Source of the DNA: an uncultured Planctomycetota bacterium
GTDB lineage: Bacteria > Planctomycetota > Planctomycetia > Gemmatales > Gemmataceae
Direction: 5' to 3'
DNA length: 64,000 nucleotides
Assembly (NCBI GenBank): GCA_963849325.1
Contig: CAWKHF010000009.1
Coordinates: 384,001 to 448,000 of the forward strand
A program made the position numbers and the translations under genes. Below, piece after piece: positions 46,217 to 55,003 of this stretch; position 1 is the first letter of the stretch; every line of letters begins with the position of its first letter. The notes below the pieces were generated by a model that was not told where the DNA came from, did no database searches, and was given only the letters and a program-made list of their open reading frames with translations.

Positions 46217-48880
46217 ATGAGGGTGCGCTGGTCTGGTGCCTTGGTCCTGGTGATGCTGCTCGGCCTCGCCGGCTGCGGCCCCAAGGGGGCGGTCGTCGAG
46301 GAGGAAGTGGTGCCCGAGGACACGACGACTCATCTGGGCGACAAGATCGATCTGGCGCTGGCCGACTGGCTCAAGCTGCCGCGAGCGGATCTGGCCAAGC
46401 TGGTCGAGGAATGGAAGGAGACGGTTCGCAAACAGCAGGAGAAGGCGCGCGGCAACATCGAATCGGTGCAGCTGCTGCCGCAGCTGCGGCCGCCGGCCGT
46501 GGCCGACGTCTTCGCCGAGGCGCACTTCGCGCCGGAGGCCGGCTTCAGCCTGCCGCCCTACCTGAACGCAGGGCAGAAGGACGCCGCGGTGGCTCTGCAC
46601 CTGGCTCGCTTCGGCGATGGCGAGGCAGCCCGGAAAGTCGCCGACGCCGCCGACACGGACCTGCTGGCCCGAATCGATGCCTGCCGGACGGAACGCAATT
46701 ACCCGCTCGAATGGACGCGGTTGGTCGGTCTGGTCCTGCAACACGCTCAGATACGGTTGGCCAACGGCGAGCCGGACGGAGCGACCGAGTTGGTGTTGCT
46801 GCACCGCGAGCTGCGCTCTGTCCTCGATCCGAAAGCAGCGGCGGGACCGCTGGGCGCAATGCTGCTGCCGCGCGGACGGCAGGCGCTGACGCAGGCTGCC
46901 GTCGCCTGGCGTGAGCCGCGCCAAAACAAGACCGCCCTGGCCGGCGACATCGAGGCGGCCCTGGCCGACTGGGGTACGGCGCCGGACCCGTTGCCCACCG
47001 TTGTCGCCGGCGCCAAACCGGACGAAGTGGCTCGCCTGTTCAACGACCGGATCGTTGGCCGAACGATAACGGCCCGCACTCCGCCCGCCGTGCAACGCGC
47101 CCTCGATCTGCTCGCTCTGCCGCTGCCGGCCGAAGGCGTCGAGAGCGTCGTCGCTTTCCTCGACGACAAGCAGGGCTTGATGGAACTGATCGTCCTCTAT
47201 CGGCCCAAGATCAACGAATTGCTTCCCGAGCCGAGGCACCTGGCCTTCGCGCTGGCCGAACACGGCTACCCGGACCCGGAGACCGTTGCCGGACCCGGAC
47301 TCCATCGCCAGACCTGGACGGTCGGCGGCGTGTCCTACGACGTCACCCTGCTGACGCGCGGCAACGTCGGCGGAGCGCTGGTCCGCGTCGGCAAGGCCGG
47401 GACGCCGGCGCCGACCGACGACTTCGCGCGCAATCCGCGCGACTTCGGCGCCGTCAACTTCGATCGCTCCTTCGAGCAGAATCGCCTGGGACTGGCTCCC
47501 GAACAAAACGGGACCGTCGTGGAGGTCAAGGACAAGGAGGAACTCTCCCACATCGCCCAGCCGGCGGCGGAGTTCGCCCTCGCCGACGCCCTGCTGCGGC
47601 GCGAGCCGAGCGAAGACTTGCTGGCCCGGCTGACGCTGCACTGGCCGGTGAATCAGAACGCCAACGCCCTGAACCGCCTGGCCCTGCCGCTGTGGTCGGC
47701 GTTCGGCCCCTCGCGCTTTGAGGGCGTGGAGGATTCCTCGGGCGGACGGTTCGTCCTCTCCTGGGAGGACGGCACCACCCGCCTGCGTCTGCGACTGCCG
47801 TTTGACGAACAAGCGCCGGAGTTGATGGCCGAGGATAGCCGGGGACCGGCCGCGCTCAAGGCCCGCGCCGAGGTCGCCGTCCAGGTGGACCGCCGCGAAC
47901 GCCAGCAGAGAATCGCCGCCGGCAAGCCGCGGACACGCCTGGCCCGCGTCATCGAGTTGTCCTCGCACGGCATCGACGCCCTGAAGCTGGGCATGACCCG
48001 CGAGGAAGTGCGGGCCGCCCTGCCCGGTTCGCGTTCGATCCGTGTCCAGCCCCTATCCGACGGATTAAACATCCTGTTCCTCAACGAGCCGCCGGCGTCG
48101 GCGACGTACTGGCCGCGCCAGCTGTTCGTCCGCTTCGGCGCCGACAACCGCGTGGCCGAGGTCCGCGTCCGCTACCAGGAGGGACCGCACGCCCCCGGCC
48201 CGAACGCCCCCTCGTTGTTGGACACACTCAAAAAGAAGACCAACGCCGCCCCCGATACGCAGCCGGCGCCGTGGGCCGGTTTGTGGACCGACCTGCCAAC
48301 CCGCAAGCCGCCGGTCCTGCATCGCTGGATCGATGACGAGACGGTCTGGACTTACCAGCACGACCAGGGCGGCAGCGAGGTGGTGCTGCGCGATTGTCCG
48401 GCCGATCAGCCCTTGGGCGTCGAGTTGCCGCCGCTGTTGTTCTGCAGCCGGGGCGTCGAGGGCTGTACACTGGGCGATAGCCGCGCCGACGTGCGCAAGC
48501 GCTGGAACCTCGGCAAACCACCGCTGGCGGCCAACGGCGCCGAGGTGATGGCTCTGCCGGCGACGAGTCCCTACGATGTCCTGCTCGTCTGGTACGACAA
48601 CGACAAGGTGTCGCGCCTGATCGCCCGCCACCGCGAACCGAAGAACCTGAAGTTCGAGGAGGTCGGCGCCGCGTTGCAGCGGGCCTGGAGCGCGGATTTC
48701 GACCATCTCGGTTACGTGCGGCGTCAGGACAGCGCACGCGGCCAGGTTCTAGGAGCGTACAGCTGGAACGACGACCGCACGCGCGTCCGTATCTTCGCCC
48801 AGGATACCGAGGAGGCCATGCGCCTGTTCACGGAATGGCGTGAATGGCCCATTCCAGCGAAGACGCTGGCGGCCAAGTAG
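46217..48880 (+). CDS. Large hypothetical lipoprotein (~887 aa)
   Basis: Lipobox 'LAGC' after a hydrophobic stretch; uninterrupted ORF. Confidence 0.8.
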   Translation: MRVRWSGALVLVMLLGLAGCGPKGAVVEEEVVPEDTTTHLGDKIDLALADWLKLPRADLAKLVEEWKETVRKQQEKARGNIESVQLLPQLRPPAVADVFAEAHFAPEAGFSLPPYLNAGQKDAAVALHLARFGDGEAARKVADAADTDLLARIDACRTERNYPLEWTRLVGLVLQHAQIRLANGEPDGATELVLLHRELRSVLDPKAAAGPLGAMLLPRGRQALTQAAVAWREPRQNKTALAGDIEAALADWGTAPDPLPTVVAGAKPDEVARLFNDRIVGRTITARTPPAVQRALDLLALPLPAEGVESVVAFLDDKQGLMELIVLYRPKINELLPEPRHLAFALAEHGYPDPETVAGPGLHRQTWTVGGVSYDVTLLTRGNVGGALVRVGKAGTPAPTDDFARNPRDFGAVNFDRSFEQNRLGLAPEQNGTVVEVKDKEELSHIAQPAAEFALADALLRREPSEDLLARLTLHWPVNQNANALNRLALPLWSAFGPSRFEGVEDSSGGRFVLSWEDGTTRLRLRLPFDEQAPELMAEDSRGPAALKARAEVAVQVDRRERQQRIAAGKPRTRLARVIELSSHGIDALKLGMTREEVRAALPGSRSIRVQPLSDGLNILFLNEPPASATYWPRQLFVRFGADNRVAEVRVRYQEGPHAPGPNAPSLLDTLKKKTNAAPDTQPAPWAGLWTDLPTRKPPVLHRWIDDETVWTYQHDQGGSEVVLRDCPADQPLGVELPPLLFCSRGVEGCTLGDSRADVRKRWNLGKPPLAANGAEVMALPATSPYDVLLVWYDNDKVSRLIARHREPKNLKFEEVGAALQRAWSADFDHLGYVRRQDSARGQVLGAYSWNDDRTRVRIFAQDTEEAMRLFTEWREWPIPAKTLAAK

Positions 48881-48898
48881 ACAACCTCCGGATGCCGT

Positions 48899-48956
48899 CC
48901 GAGCCGCGACTGTTAGGGAGCGGGGCTTTCTCCGCTCCCTAACGGTCGCGGCTCGG
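48899..48956. repeat. Palindromic REP-like element (as 40486)
   Basis: CCGAGCCGCGAC.GTTAGGGAGCGG..CCGCTCCCTAACGGTCGCGGCTCGG. Confidence 0.85.
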
Positions 48957-49031
48957 TTTGCTACGTCTCGTCTTTGCCATCGCCTTTCGGTAGACCAACA
49001 GCGGCCAGCCCCCCGATGTCCTGGAGCCGCG

Positions 49032-49685
49032 ATGGCCGAGTATTTCCTGTGCCTGGACGGGGAGACGTTCACCCGGCATATCCGTCCGGCCCTGGCGGCA
49101 AGCTGGCGACAGCGCAGCTTCGACCCGTGCCGCGCCCTGTGTGTCGAGCTTCTCCCCGCCGCCCTGGATTACGCCCGGCGCTACCACACTGGAGACGAAG
49201 AAACTCTCGTCTCTTGCGTCGCTCGTGGTCTGTCGTTCGATCGCGCCAGCTGGCGCCTGCTGGTCGGCGAGGTGTTGCTGTTCGCGGCGGCCGAGATCCC
49301 GGAGTTTCCCAGCAACGCCGAAACGCTGTGCTGCCTGCTCGCTCCCGAGTCGTACCGCGACGGTACCACGATCCGCGAACCGTTCGCTCCCATCCAGCAA
49401 GCCTTGCACGGCAGCCGCGATTTGACCTTCGGCACGGCTGTCTATCGTCCGGAGCAGGCCGGTTACAACGATGCCGGCGACGTGGCTCGCCTCGCTGCCT
49501 ACCTCGCCGCGGTTCGACCGGAGAGTTGGACGGTGGATGATCTGCGCGAACTGCGCGGCGTGGACGATGAGGACGACAGGGCGGACGAGCTGGCCTTTGT
49601 CCGCGAGTGGTTTCCGGTGCTGGTCGAGCTGTATCAACGGGCGCAGACACGGAGATGGGTGCTGGTTATCGAGAGCATCTATTGA
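49032..49685 (+). CDS. Hypothetical protein
   Basis: GGAG RBS and ATG; 217-aa ORF with coding-like codon bias. Confidence 0.7.
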   Translation: MAEYFLCLDGETFTRHIRPALAASWRQRSFDPCRALCVELLPAALDYARRYHTGDEETLVSCVARGLSFDRASWRLLVGEVLLFAAAEIPEFPSNAETLCCLLAPESYRDGTTIREPFAPIQQALHGSRDLTFGTAVYRPEQAGYNDAGDVARLAAYLAAVRPESWTVDDLRELRGVDDEDDRADELAFVREWFPVLVELYQRAQTRRWVLVIESIY

Positions 49686-49860
49686 CTTCCACAGTCCTCC
49701 GGAGAGCGAGGAAGTGGCGTTACGGAGGACGGCTTGGGTAAAGACCATGAGGTCGGCGCAAGGAAAAATCCAAAAAATCAGACCTATTTGCCGCCGAGCG
49801 GACAGTATAATAGGGAGCAAGTCGCCCAGAGGAAAGTCGAAAGACTCCTGGAGTGCAAGG

Positions 49861-50515
49861 TTGCGGCTCTCTCCGTCTCAGCAACTGAGCGACAGACTCG
49901 CGGTCCGAGAACGAACTGACGGCGAATTGCTGTCGTGCTTTATCGGCAGCCGTGACGAAGCGGCCTTCGCCGCACTCTTCGCACGGTACGCGCGGATGGT
50001 GTTGACTGTGTGTCGGGACGTGCTGCACCATCCGCAGGACGCCGAGGACGCTCGCCAAGAGACCTTCCTCGTATTGACGCGGAAAGCGAATAGCCTGGGC
50101 ACAGAGGAGATGATTGGCGGCTGGCTGCGAGGCGTCGCTTACCACGTCGCCATGAATGCTCGTAAGAGCAAGAAACGCCGACAAGGTCACGAGGAACGGT
50201 TCGCGATTCGCCCGCAGCCGCAGCCGCAGCCGCAGCCGCAGCCGCAGCCGCAGCCGCAGCCGCAGCCGCAGCCGCAGCCGCAGCCGCAGCCTTTAGCTGA
50301 AGTAGAGTTTCACGAGTTCCAAACTCTCCTAATTACGGCAATCTCGCGCTTGCCGGAGAAATACCGTACTCTATTTATTTTATGCCGCTTGGAGGGCAAC
50401 AGCAAGGCGGAAGCGGCCCAGAAACTCGGTTGGAAGGAAGGTACAGTATCGAGCCGGTTGGCGCAGGCGCAAATTGGTGCAGCGATACTTGACCCATCAT
50501 GGCGTCACCCCATAA
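49861..50515 (+). CDS. ECF sigma factor with a (PQ)13 linker; start uncertain (TTG); probable frameshift near 50470 giving the ending KLVQRYLTHHGVTP*
   Basis: 'TDGELL..RDEAAFAALF', 'DAEDARQETFLVL', 'LPEKYR', 'LGWKEGTVSSRL'; TATAAT at 49806. Confidence 0.82.
50212..50289 (+). repeat. Perfect hexanucleotide microsatellite (CCGCAG)13
   Basis: Directly visible; in frame, encodes PQ x13. Confidence 0.97.
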
Positions 50516-50561
50516 CGAGCATGTTTGCTAAGTTTCGGCGAAGGCAATAGCTGACGGGAGG

Positions 50562-51686
50562 ATGGCAATGGTCTTTCGATGGCTGTTTGCGATTGCCCTT
50601 CTCGCTTCCTCCTTCGCGGTCGCCTTCTGGGGCGGTTTGGCCGCCAGGCAATGGAAGCAGGTTACCCAGGCCCAAGAAGAGAAACTTGTTGGCGGCTTGG
50701 CTGTCTCCGCCGCGGATCTCGATATGGCGGAGGTCTGGGAAGAGAAAGGTGTCGTTTGGCGATTGCCGATTCGCAACCGGACGACCACCTCGATTGACAT
50801 CCGCGAGTTCAAGACTTCGTGTGGCTGCACGGCCATCAAGCCGCGGAGTTTATCGATCCCAGCCGGGGAGACGGCGACGGTCCAGTTGACCATCGACCTG
50901 ACGCATCGCTCTCTGTCGGAATATGGCATGGAGCGTCGTCCGTTCGCCGTATCGATTCAGCCGATTGCGCCCGGTATCCGCTGTGGTGGAGGGAGCTGGC
51001 AACTGCATGGGATCGTCCGCAGTCGCGTGACACTCGATAGGCAGAACGTCCATTTCGGCGATCAACCGATTCACGGACAACCAGCGGCGGCGCTCCAGGC
51101 GCGAGCGACCGTTCATGTACCGTGTCAGCGACTGGAAGTGGTGGTGAATCCTCTCGTGGCCGCCGCAACCGTCAAGCAGCGTGGGGACGAAACGCAGTTT
51201 GACATCACCATCGCCGCGAACCCGGATTTTCCACCGGGTTCCTTCCAGACCAATGCCGAGATCTACGCCGTGGCACCGAGCGGCAAGCGAGCACTGGCGG
51301 CCACTCTGCCCATTGCCGGAGACATGCAGCCGGAGGTTCGTTTACTGCCGTCGCGGGTTCTTCTGGGGCCAACGTCTGTGGGTGAAATGTCGGAAGCGGT
51401 GATAACATTACAAAATCCGTCGGTTGCCGGAGTAGAGGTCGATCACATCGAGATCGATGATCCCGAGTTGCACATAGAGCCTGCGAGGATCGAGGGCATT
51501 TCCTCCGAACGTACTTATCGTCTTCGACAGCGGGCGGCGAAGGAGGGCGAGCAGACAAGCACAGTTCGGTTCATCATCCGTAAGCCGGGCCACAAAATCG
51601 TCACGCTGCCAGTTGAGGTATCGTATCGGGGTGAAGCAGCCAAGAAAACTTCGGCCAAAAGGACCGAAGGGGGGAGGCAGCCATGA
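50562..51686 (+). CDS. DUF1573-domain membrane-anchored protein with Ig/PapD-like domains
   Basis: N-terminal TM, 'IRNRT..I..FKTSCGCT..IPAGE'. Confidence 0.8.
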   Translation: MAMVFRWLFAIALLASSFAVAFWGGLAARQWKQVTQAQEEKLVGGLAVSAADLDMAEVWEEKGVVWRLPIRNRTTTSIDIREFKTSCGCTAIKPRSLSIPAGETATVQLTIDLTHRSLSEYGMERRPFAVSIQPIAPGIRCGGGSWQLHGIVRSRVTLDRQNVHFGDQPIHGQPAAALQARATVHVPCQRLEVVVNPLVAAATVKQRGDETQFDITIAANPDFPPGSFQTNAEIYAVAPSGKRALAATLPIAGDMQPEVRLLPSRVLLGPTSVGEMSEAVITLQNPSVAGVEVDHIEIDDPELHIEPARIEGISSERTYRLRQRAAKEGEQTSTVRFIIRKPGHKIVTLPVEVSYRGEAAKKTSAKRTEGGRQP

Positions 51687-52873
51687 GACGAATTGTTCTT
51701 CTTGCGTATGTCTTTGGGTGGGCGAGTTGGCTCCTCTTGTGCGTTCCTCAGACGGTGCGGGGTGCTGATCCGCAATTGGAGAAGGTGTTGGCCGCCTGGC
51801 AAGAGCGTCAGAATTGGTTCCAAGCTATTGAATATCAAGTCAGCGGGACACATAAAGTGCCGCGAGGGGCTTACACCAACATCGATCCATCGCTTCGCGC
51901 GGCACCTAACAACCGAGTGAATCCTCCGCAAGACGTGGAGGGTCCGGAGAGTTTCACGATACTTCTCGACTTCGTAAAGGGGCGTCATCGCCGGGACATC
52001 CGGGATCAGCAGTTCGATGCCGGCGCCGGCAAACTCGGCCTTGTGGCGATGAAGGACGCCTTCAACGGTACGGTGATGAAATGTCTCATTCCCAAAGAAC
52101 AAAACCCTGGGCAGCAAGTTGGCATTACACAACCGGAAATGACGATCGTTTCTGGCAACATGAAGAACGGTGAATTCCGAAGCAATTATTACCCCATTTT
52201 CTTCGCTCATGGCCGCATTTACACGGCGATAGAGCCAATCCTTCCCGGGGGCTTAAAAAATAAGCCTGACCCGAATTATCTCCACATTCACGGTCGAGGC
52301 GTGTACGAGGACCGAGCCTGCTTGATCTTACGCACCCAAACTTTGCAGATGATGACGACCAGTTTCGATGAATATTGGGTAGACACGGAGAGGGAATGTG
52401 CAATCGTTCGTTATCTCGCCTACAGCGGCAAAAATCCATCCCAGGAAATTGGAATTCGCTACCAGAAATTCCATGAACACTGGCTTCCTGAAACTTGGCG
52501 CTGGATTGTTTATCTTCGAGGTAAAACGCTCTATTACGAGGACATGCGCGTGAAGCACATCGCCATCAATCCGCCAATAACCGATGCGGATTTTGAACTG
52601 GAAGATGTTAAACCGGGAATGCTTGTTACGAAACGAACCGACCTGCCAACAAATAACCCAATAACTGCTCCGAAAAGCGAATCATCTGTTTACCGAGTGA
52701 AGGACGATGGTGGGTGGGAACAGATTCCGGATCCCGCCCATGGGATTGGCGATCAGTACAGGAAGCTTGAGTCCCATCGATGGGCTTGGGTGATTCTCGC
52801 GGTTCTCCTTGTGGCGGGTCTCGGGTTCGGGACCGCCTTTTGGGTAAGAAGGCGGAGAAGGCAATTGCAATAA
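51683..52873 (+). CDS. Exported hypothetical protein with C-terminal TM anchor and basic tail
   Basis: Signal peptide, 'YWVD', 'INPPITDADF' (LolA-like flavour), TM followed by RRRRR; ATGA overlap with the DUF1573 gene. Confidence 0.72.
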   Translation: MRRIVLLAYVFGWASWLLLCVPQTVRGADPQLEKVLAAWQERQNWFQAIEYQVSGTHKVPRGAYTNIDPSLRAAPNNRVNPPQDVEGPESFTILLDFVKGRHRRDIRDQQFDAGAGKLGLVAMKDAFNGTVMKCLIPKEQNPGQQVGITQPEMTIVSGNMKNGEFRSNYYPIFFAHGRIYTAIEPILPGGLKNKPDPNYLHIHGRGVYEDRACLILRTQTLQMMTTSFDEYWVDTERECAIVRYLAYSGKNPSQEIGIRYQKFHEHWLPETWRWIVYLRGKTLYYEDMRVKHIAINPPITDADFELEDVKPGMLVTKRTDLPTNNPITAPKSESSVYRVKDDGGWEQIPDPAHGIGDQYRKLESHRWAWVILAVLLVAGLGFGTAFWVRRRRRQLQ

Positions 52874-53026
52874 GGGCGGCTTGCGTTCTTCCTCCAAGGG
52901 AAAATTGGAACGCCTTCCGAGCCTCATGGCTTCCACCTCTTGCGCTTGCAAGAGATGCGGCATGCGGCTGACGTTACTGTCCGTTGCCCCGCATCTCCAC
53001 CATTCACGGTTGAAAGGAGCCTGGAC

Positions 53027-53500
53027 ATGAAAGCTTCGTGTAAAGCGCTGTTGCTCTTCCTCGCGGTCTGGTTGGTTATGGTTGGGGCGGGTTATTGGTT
53101 TGGCCTCGATCGGGCTTATGCCCAATCGGGTAGTTGCGGCGATTGTGCTACGTGTGCCCAATATACCCAGTATTACTCTGGAGGGGCAGGAATGAGTATA
53201 ACGTTTACACTGCAGGGAACGACCCAAAACTATTATCCGCAGGCGTTCGACGGCCTCTCAGGCTGTGCGACTAAATCGCTCGATCTGTATTACGTCACGG
53301 CCCAATGCTTTGACAGTGCCGGATCTTCCGCTGCTAACCCGCCCGTTATTCTCTCCAGTTGGACCTTCGACAATGCCACGCCCGCTTGTACCATTGGTAG
53401 CCCACCCTCCTCATATATACAAGAAATTACGGATGGTATCGGGCAAGCATTATTGTCTAACAATGTTACCCAATATACTTGCGACGGAAGTTGTTCTTGA
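53027..53500 (+). CDS. Secreted Cys-rich small protein (8 Cys in the mature part)
   Basis: AAGGAG RBS; signal peptide ending AYA|Q; 'CGDCATC..C..C..C..CDGSC'. Confidence 0.75.
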   Translation: MKASCKALLLFLAVWLVMVGAGYWFGLDRAYAQSGSCGDCATCAQYTQYYSGGAGMSITFTLQGTTQNYYPQAFDGLSGCATKSLDLYYVTAQCFDSAGSSAANPPVILSSWTFDNATPACTIGSPPSSYIQEITDGIGQALLSNNVTQYTCDGSCS

Positions 53501-53547
53501 GTGTTTCTTTGAGCGGCATTACGGAGTCCCGCATGGAGAAAGGGTCT

Positions 53548-53612
53548 GGGGAGCGGGGTTGCGTCAGCGCCCCGAGAGAGTCCCTCGGGGCGCTGACGCA
53601 ACCCCGCTCGCC
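53548..53612. repeat. Palindromic REP-like element, family A-related
   Basis: GAGCGGGGTTGCGTCAGCGCCCCGAG..CTCGGGGCGCTGACGCAACCCCGCTC. Confidence 0.85.
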
Positions 53613-53641
53613 GCAGAGTGACACCGGAGCCTCAGCCTGCC

Positions 53642-54868
53642 ATGTCTTCCCAGTATGCTTGGCTCGGCGATTTCCGCACCGGGTTCCTGACCTATCTGCT
53701 GACCTCGATCCCTCTCTGGCTGGGCCTTAGCTTTGGCCACGACTTCGTTCCCTTCAACCGGAATTGCCCTGACAAATCCGCACCCGATTTCCTGACAGCC
53801 TGCTCGCGCTTCGACGGCATTCACTATGCTTCGATCGCCGAATGCGGTTATTCCTATGAGCCGCAGCGGCGCTCCACGGTCGCCTTCTTTCCGGCTTATC
53901 CCCTGGCGGGACGGTTTGTCATGATGCTGACGGGATGGGATGCTCGCCTGGCGCTGCTCGTGGTATCGAACCTGATGCTGCTGGGCGCGTTCATCGTCTT
54001 CTCGGCCTACCTCCGCTCGCGTTGGCCCGATGCTGACCGGCGCAGCCGGCTTGTTGTGTTGGCCGTGTTCGGCCTGTGGCCCGCGGGGTTTTTCTTCCGC
54101 ATGGCCTATTCGGAAAGTACCTTTCTATTGGTCATGCTCCTGGTCCTGCTTGGCATGGTCCGCCGCTGGCCGCTGCCGATCCTCGCCGGCTTGAGCGGCC
54201 TCGTCACGGCCGTGCGGCCGGTCGGCGTCGCCGTCACGGCGGCCTTGCTCTGGCACGTCCTTACCGATGTCCAGCGCGGCCCCATCTCCCGCCGCCTGTA
54301 TCTGGGGCTTTTGTGTTTGCCGCTCGCCCTGTGGGGCTTATTGGCTTACATGACGTACCAAGGCTATCAATTTAACACTCCTCTCGCCTTCGCCCAGACC
54401 CAGGAGCACTGGAGTCACCCGAGATCCTCCAAACGCGACTTCGACGGCAAAGTTGAATCGCTGCTGACGGCGGAGCCGGTCTGGGGCGTCTATGTGCCGG
54501 ACTCGATTCGGAACTGGAAGCGACTCGACCGTCACGACAACCTGTTCTTCAACCTGTTCTTCTGGAACCCAATCCTTTTCGTCGGGATGGTCGTTCTGGT
54601 CCTGGTCGGCGCCGGCAAGTCTTGGTTGTCGGGTCCGGAAGTCGTAGTTGGTCTCGGCTTGCTCGGCATCCCTTACGTCACACGAGCCTACGAGATGTCG
54701 ATGGCTTCGCATGCGCGTTTCGCCGCCATCGTCGTCCCCGCCTATCTCGTGATGGGTCGCATCCTTGCGAATCGGGCGGAGTGGCTAACGTGGTGCGTCG
54801 TCAGCCTTCTATCCGTTCTGCTCATGGCATGGACCGCTCTCTTCTCCTCAGGGTTTTTTTTGTTTTGA
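53642..54868 (+). CDS. PIG-V-like (GT-C) mannosyltransferase-family membrane protein
   Basis: 'RFDGIHYASIA..GY..AFFPAYP', 'AYSES.FL', multiple TMs. Confidence 0.8.
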   Translation: MSSQYAWLGDFRTGFLTYLLTSIPLWLGLSFGHDFVPFNRNCPDKSAPDFLTACSRFDGIHYASIAECGYSYEPQRRSTVAFFPAYPLAGRFVMMLTGWDARLALLVVSNLMLLGAFIVFSAYLRSRWPDADRRSRLVVLAVFGLWPAGFFFRMAYSESTFLLVMLLVLLGMVRRWPLPILAGLSGLVTAVRPVGVAVTAALLWHVLTDVQRGPISRRLYLGLLCLPLALWGLLAYMTYQGYQFNTPLAFAQTQEHWSHPRSSKRDFDGKVESLLTAEPVWGVYVPDSIRNWKRLDRHDNLFFNLFFWNPILFVGMVVLVLVGAGKSWLSGPEVVVGLGLLGIPYVTRAYEMSMASHARFAAIVVPAYLVMGRILANRAEWLTWCVVSLLSVLLMAWTALFSSGFFLF

Positions 54869-55003
54869 TTCATCTCCGATGCCATCGACCTTGCCCTCTA
54901 TCGCGCCCTCGCCACGGCCGCGAGGGGAGAGCGCAGTCTCGCCGCCTTGACGATTCGACTTTTTCTTTCCCCTGGAGCGCGGTTGCCCTTATCATAGAAC
55001 CTC

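Noticed and set aside
46109-47968. Long antisense ORFs (also 135-890, 1181-2539, 17080-18453, 12825-13931)
   Set aside because: Shadow frames of real genes in GC-rich DNA
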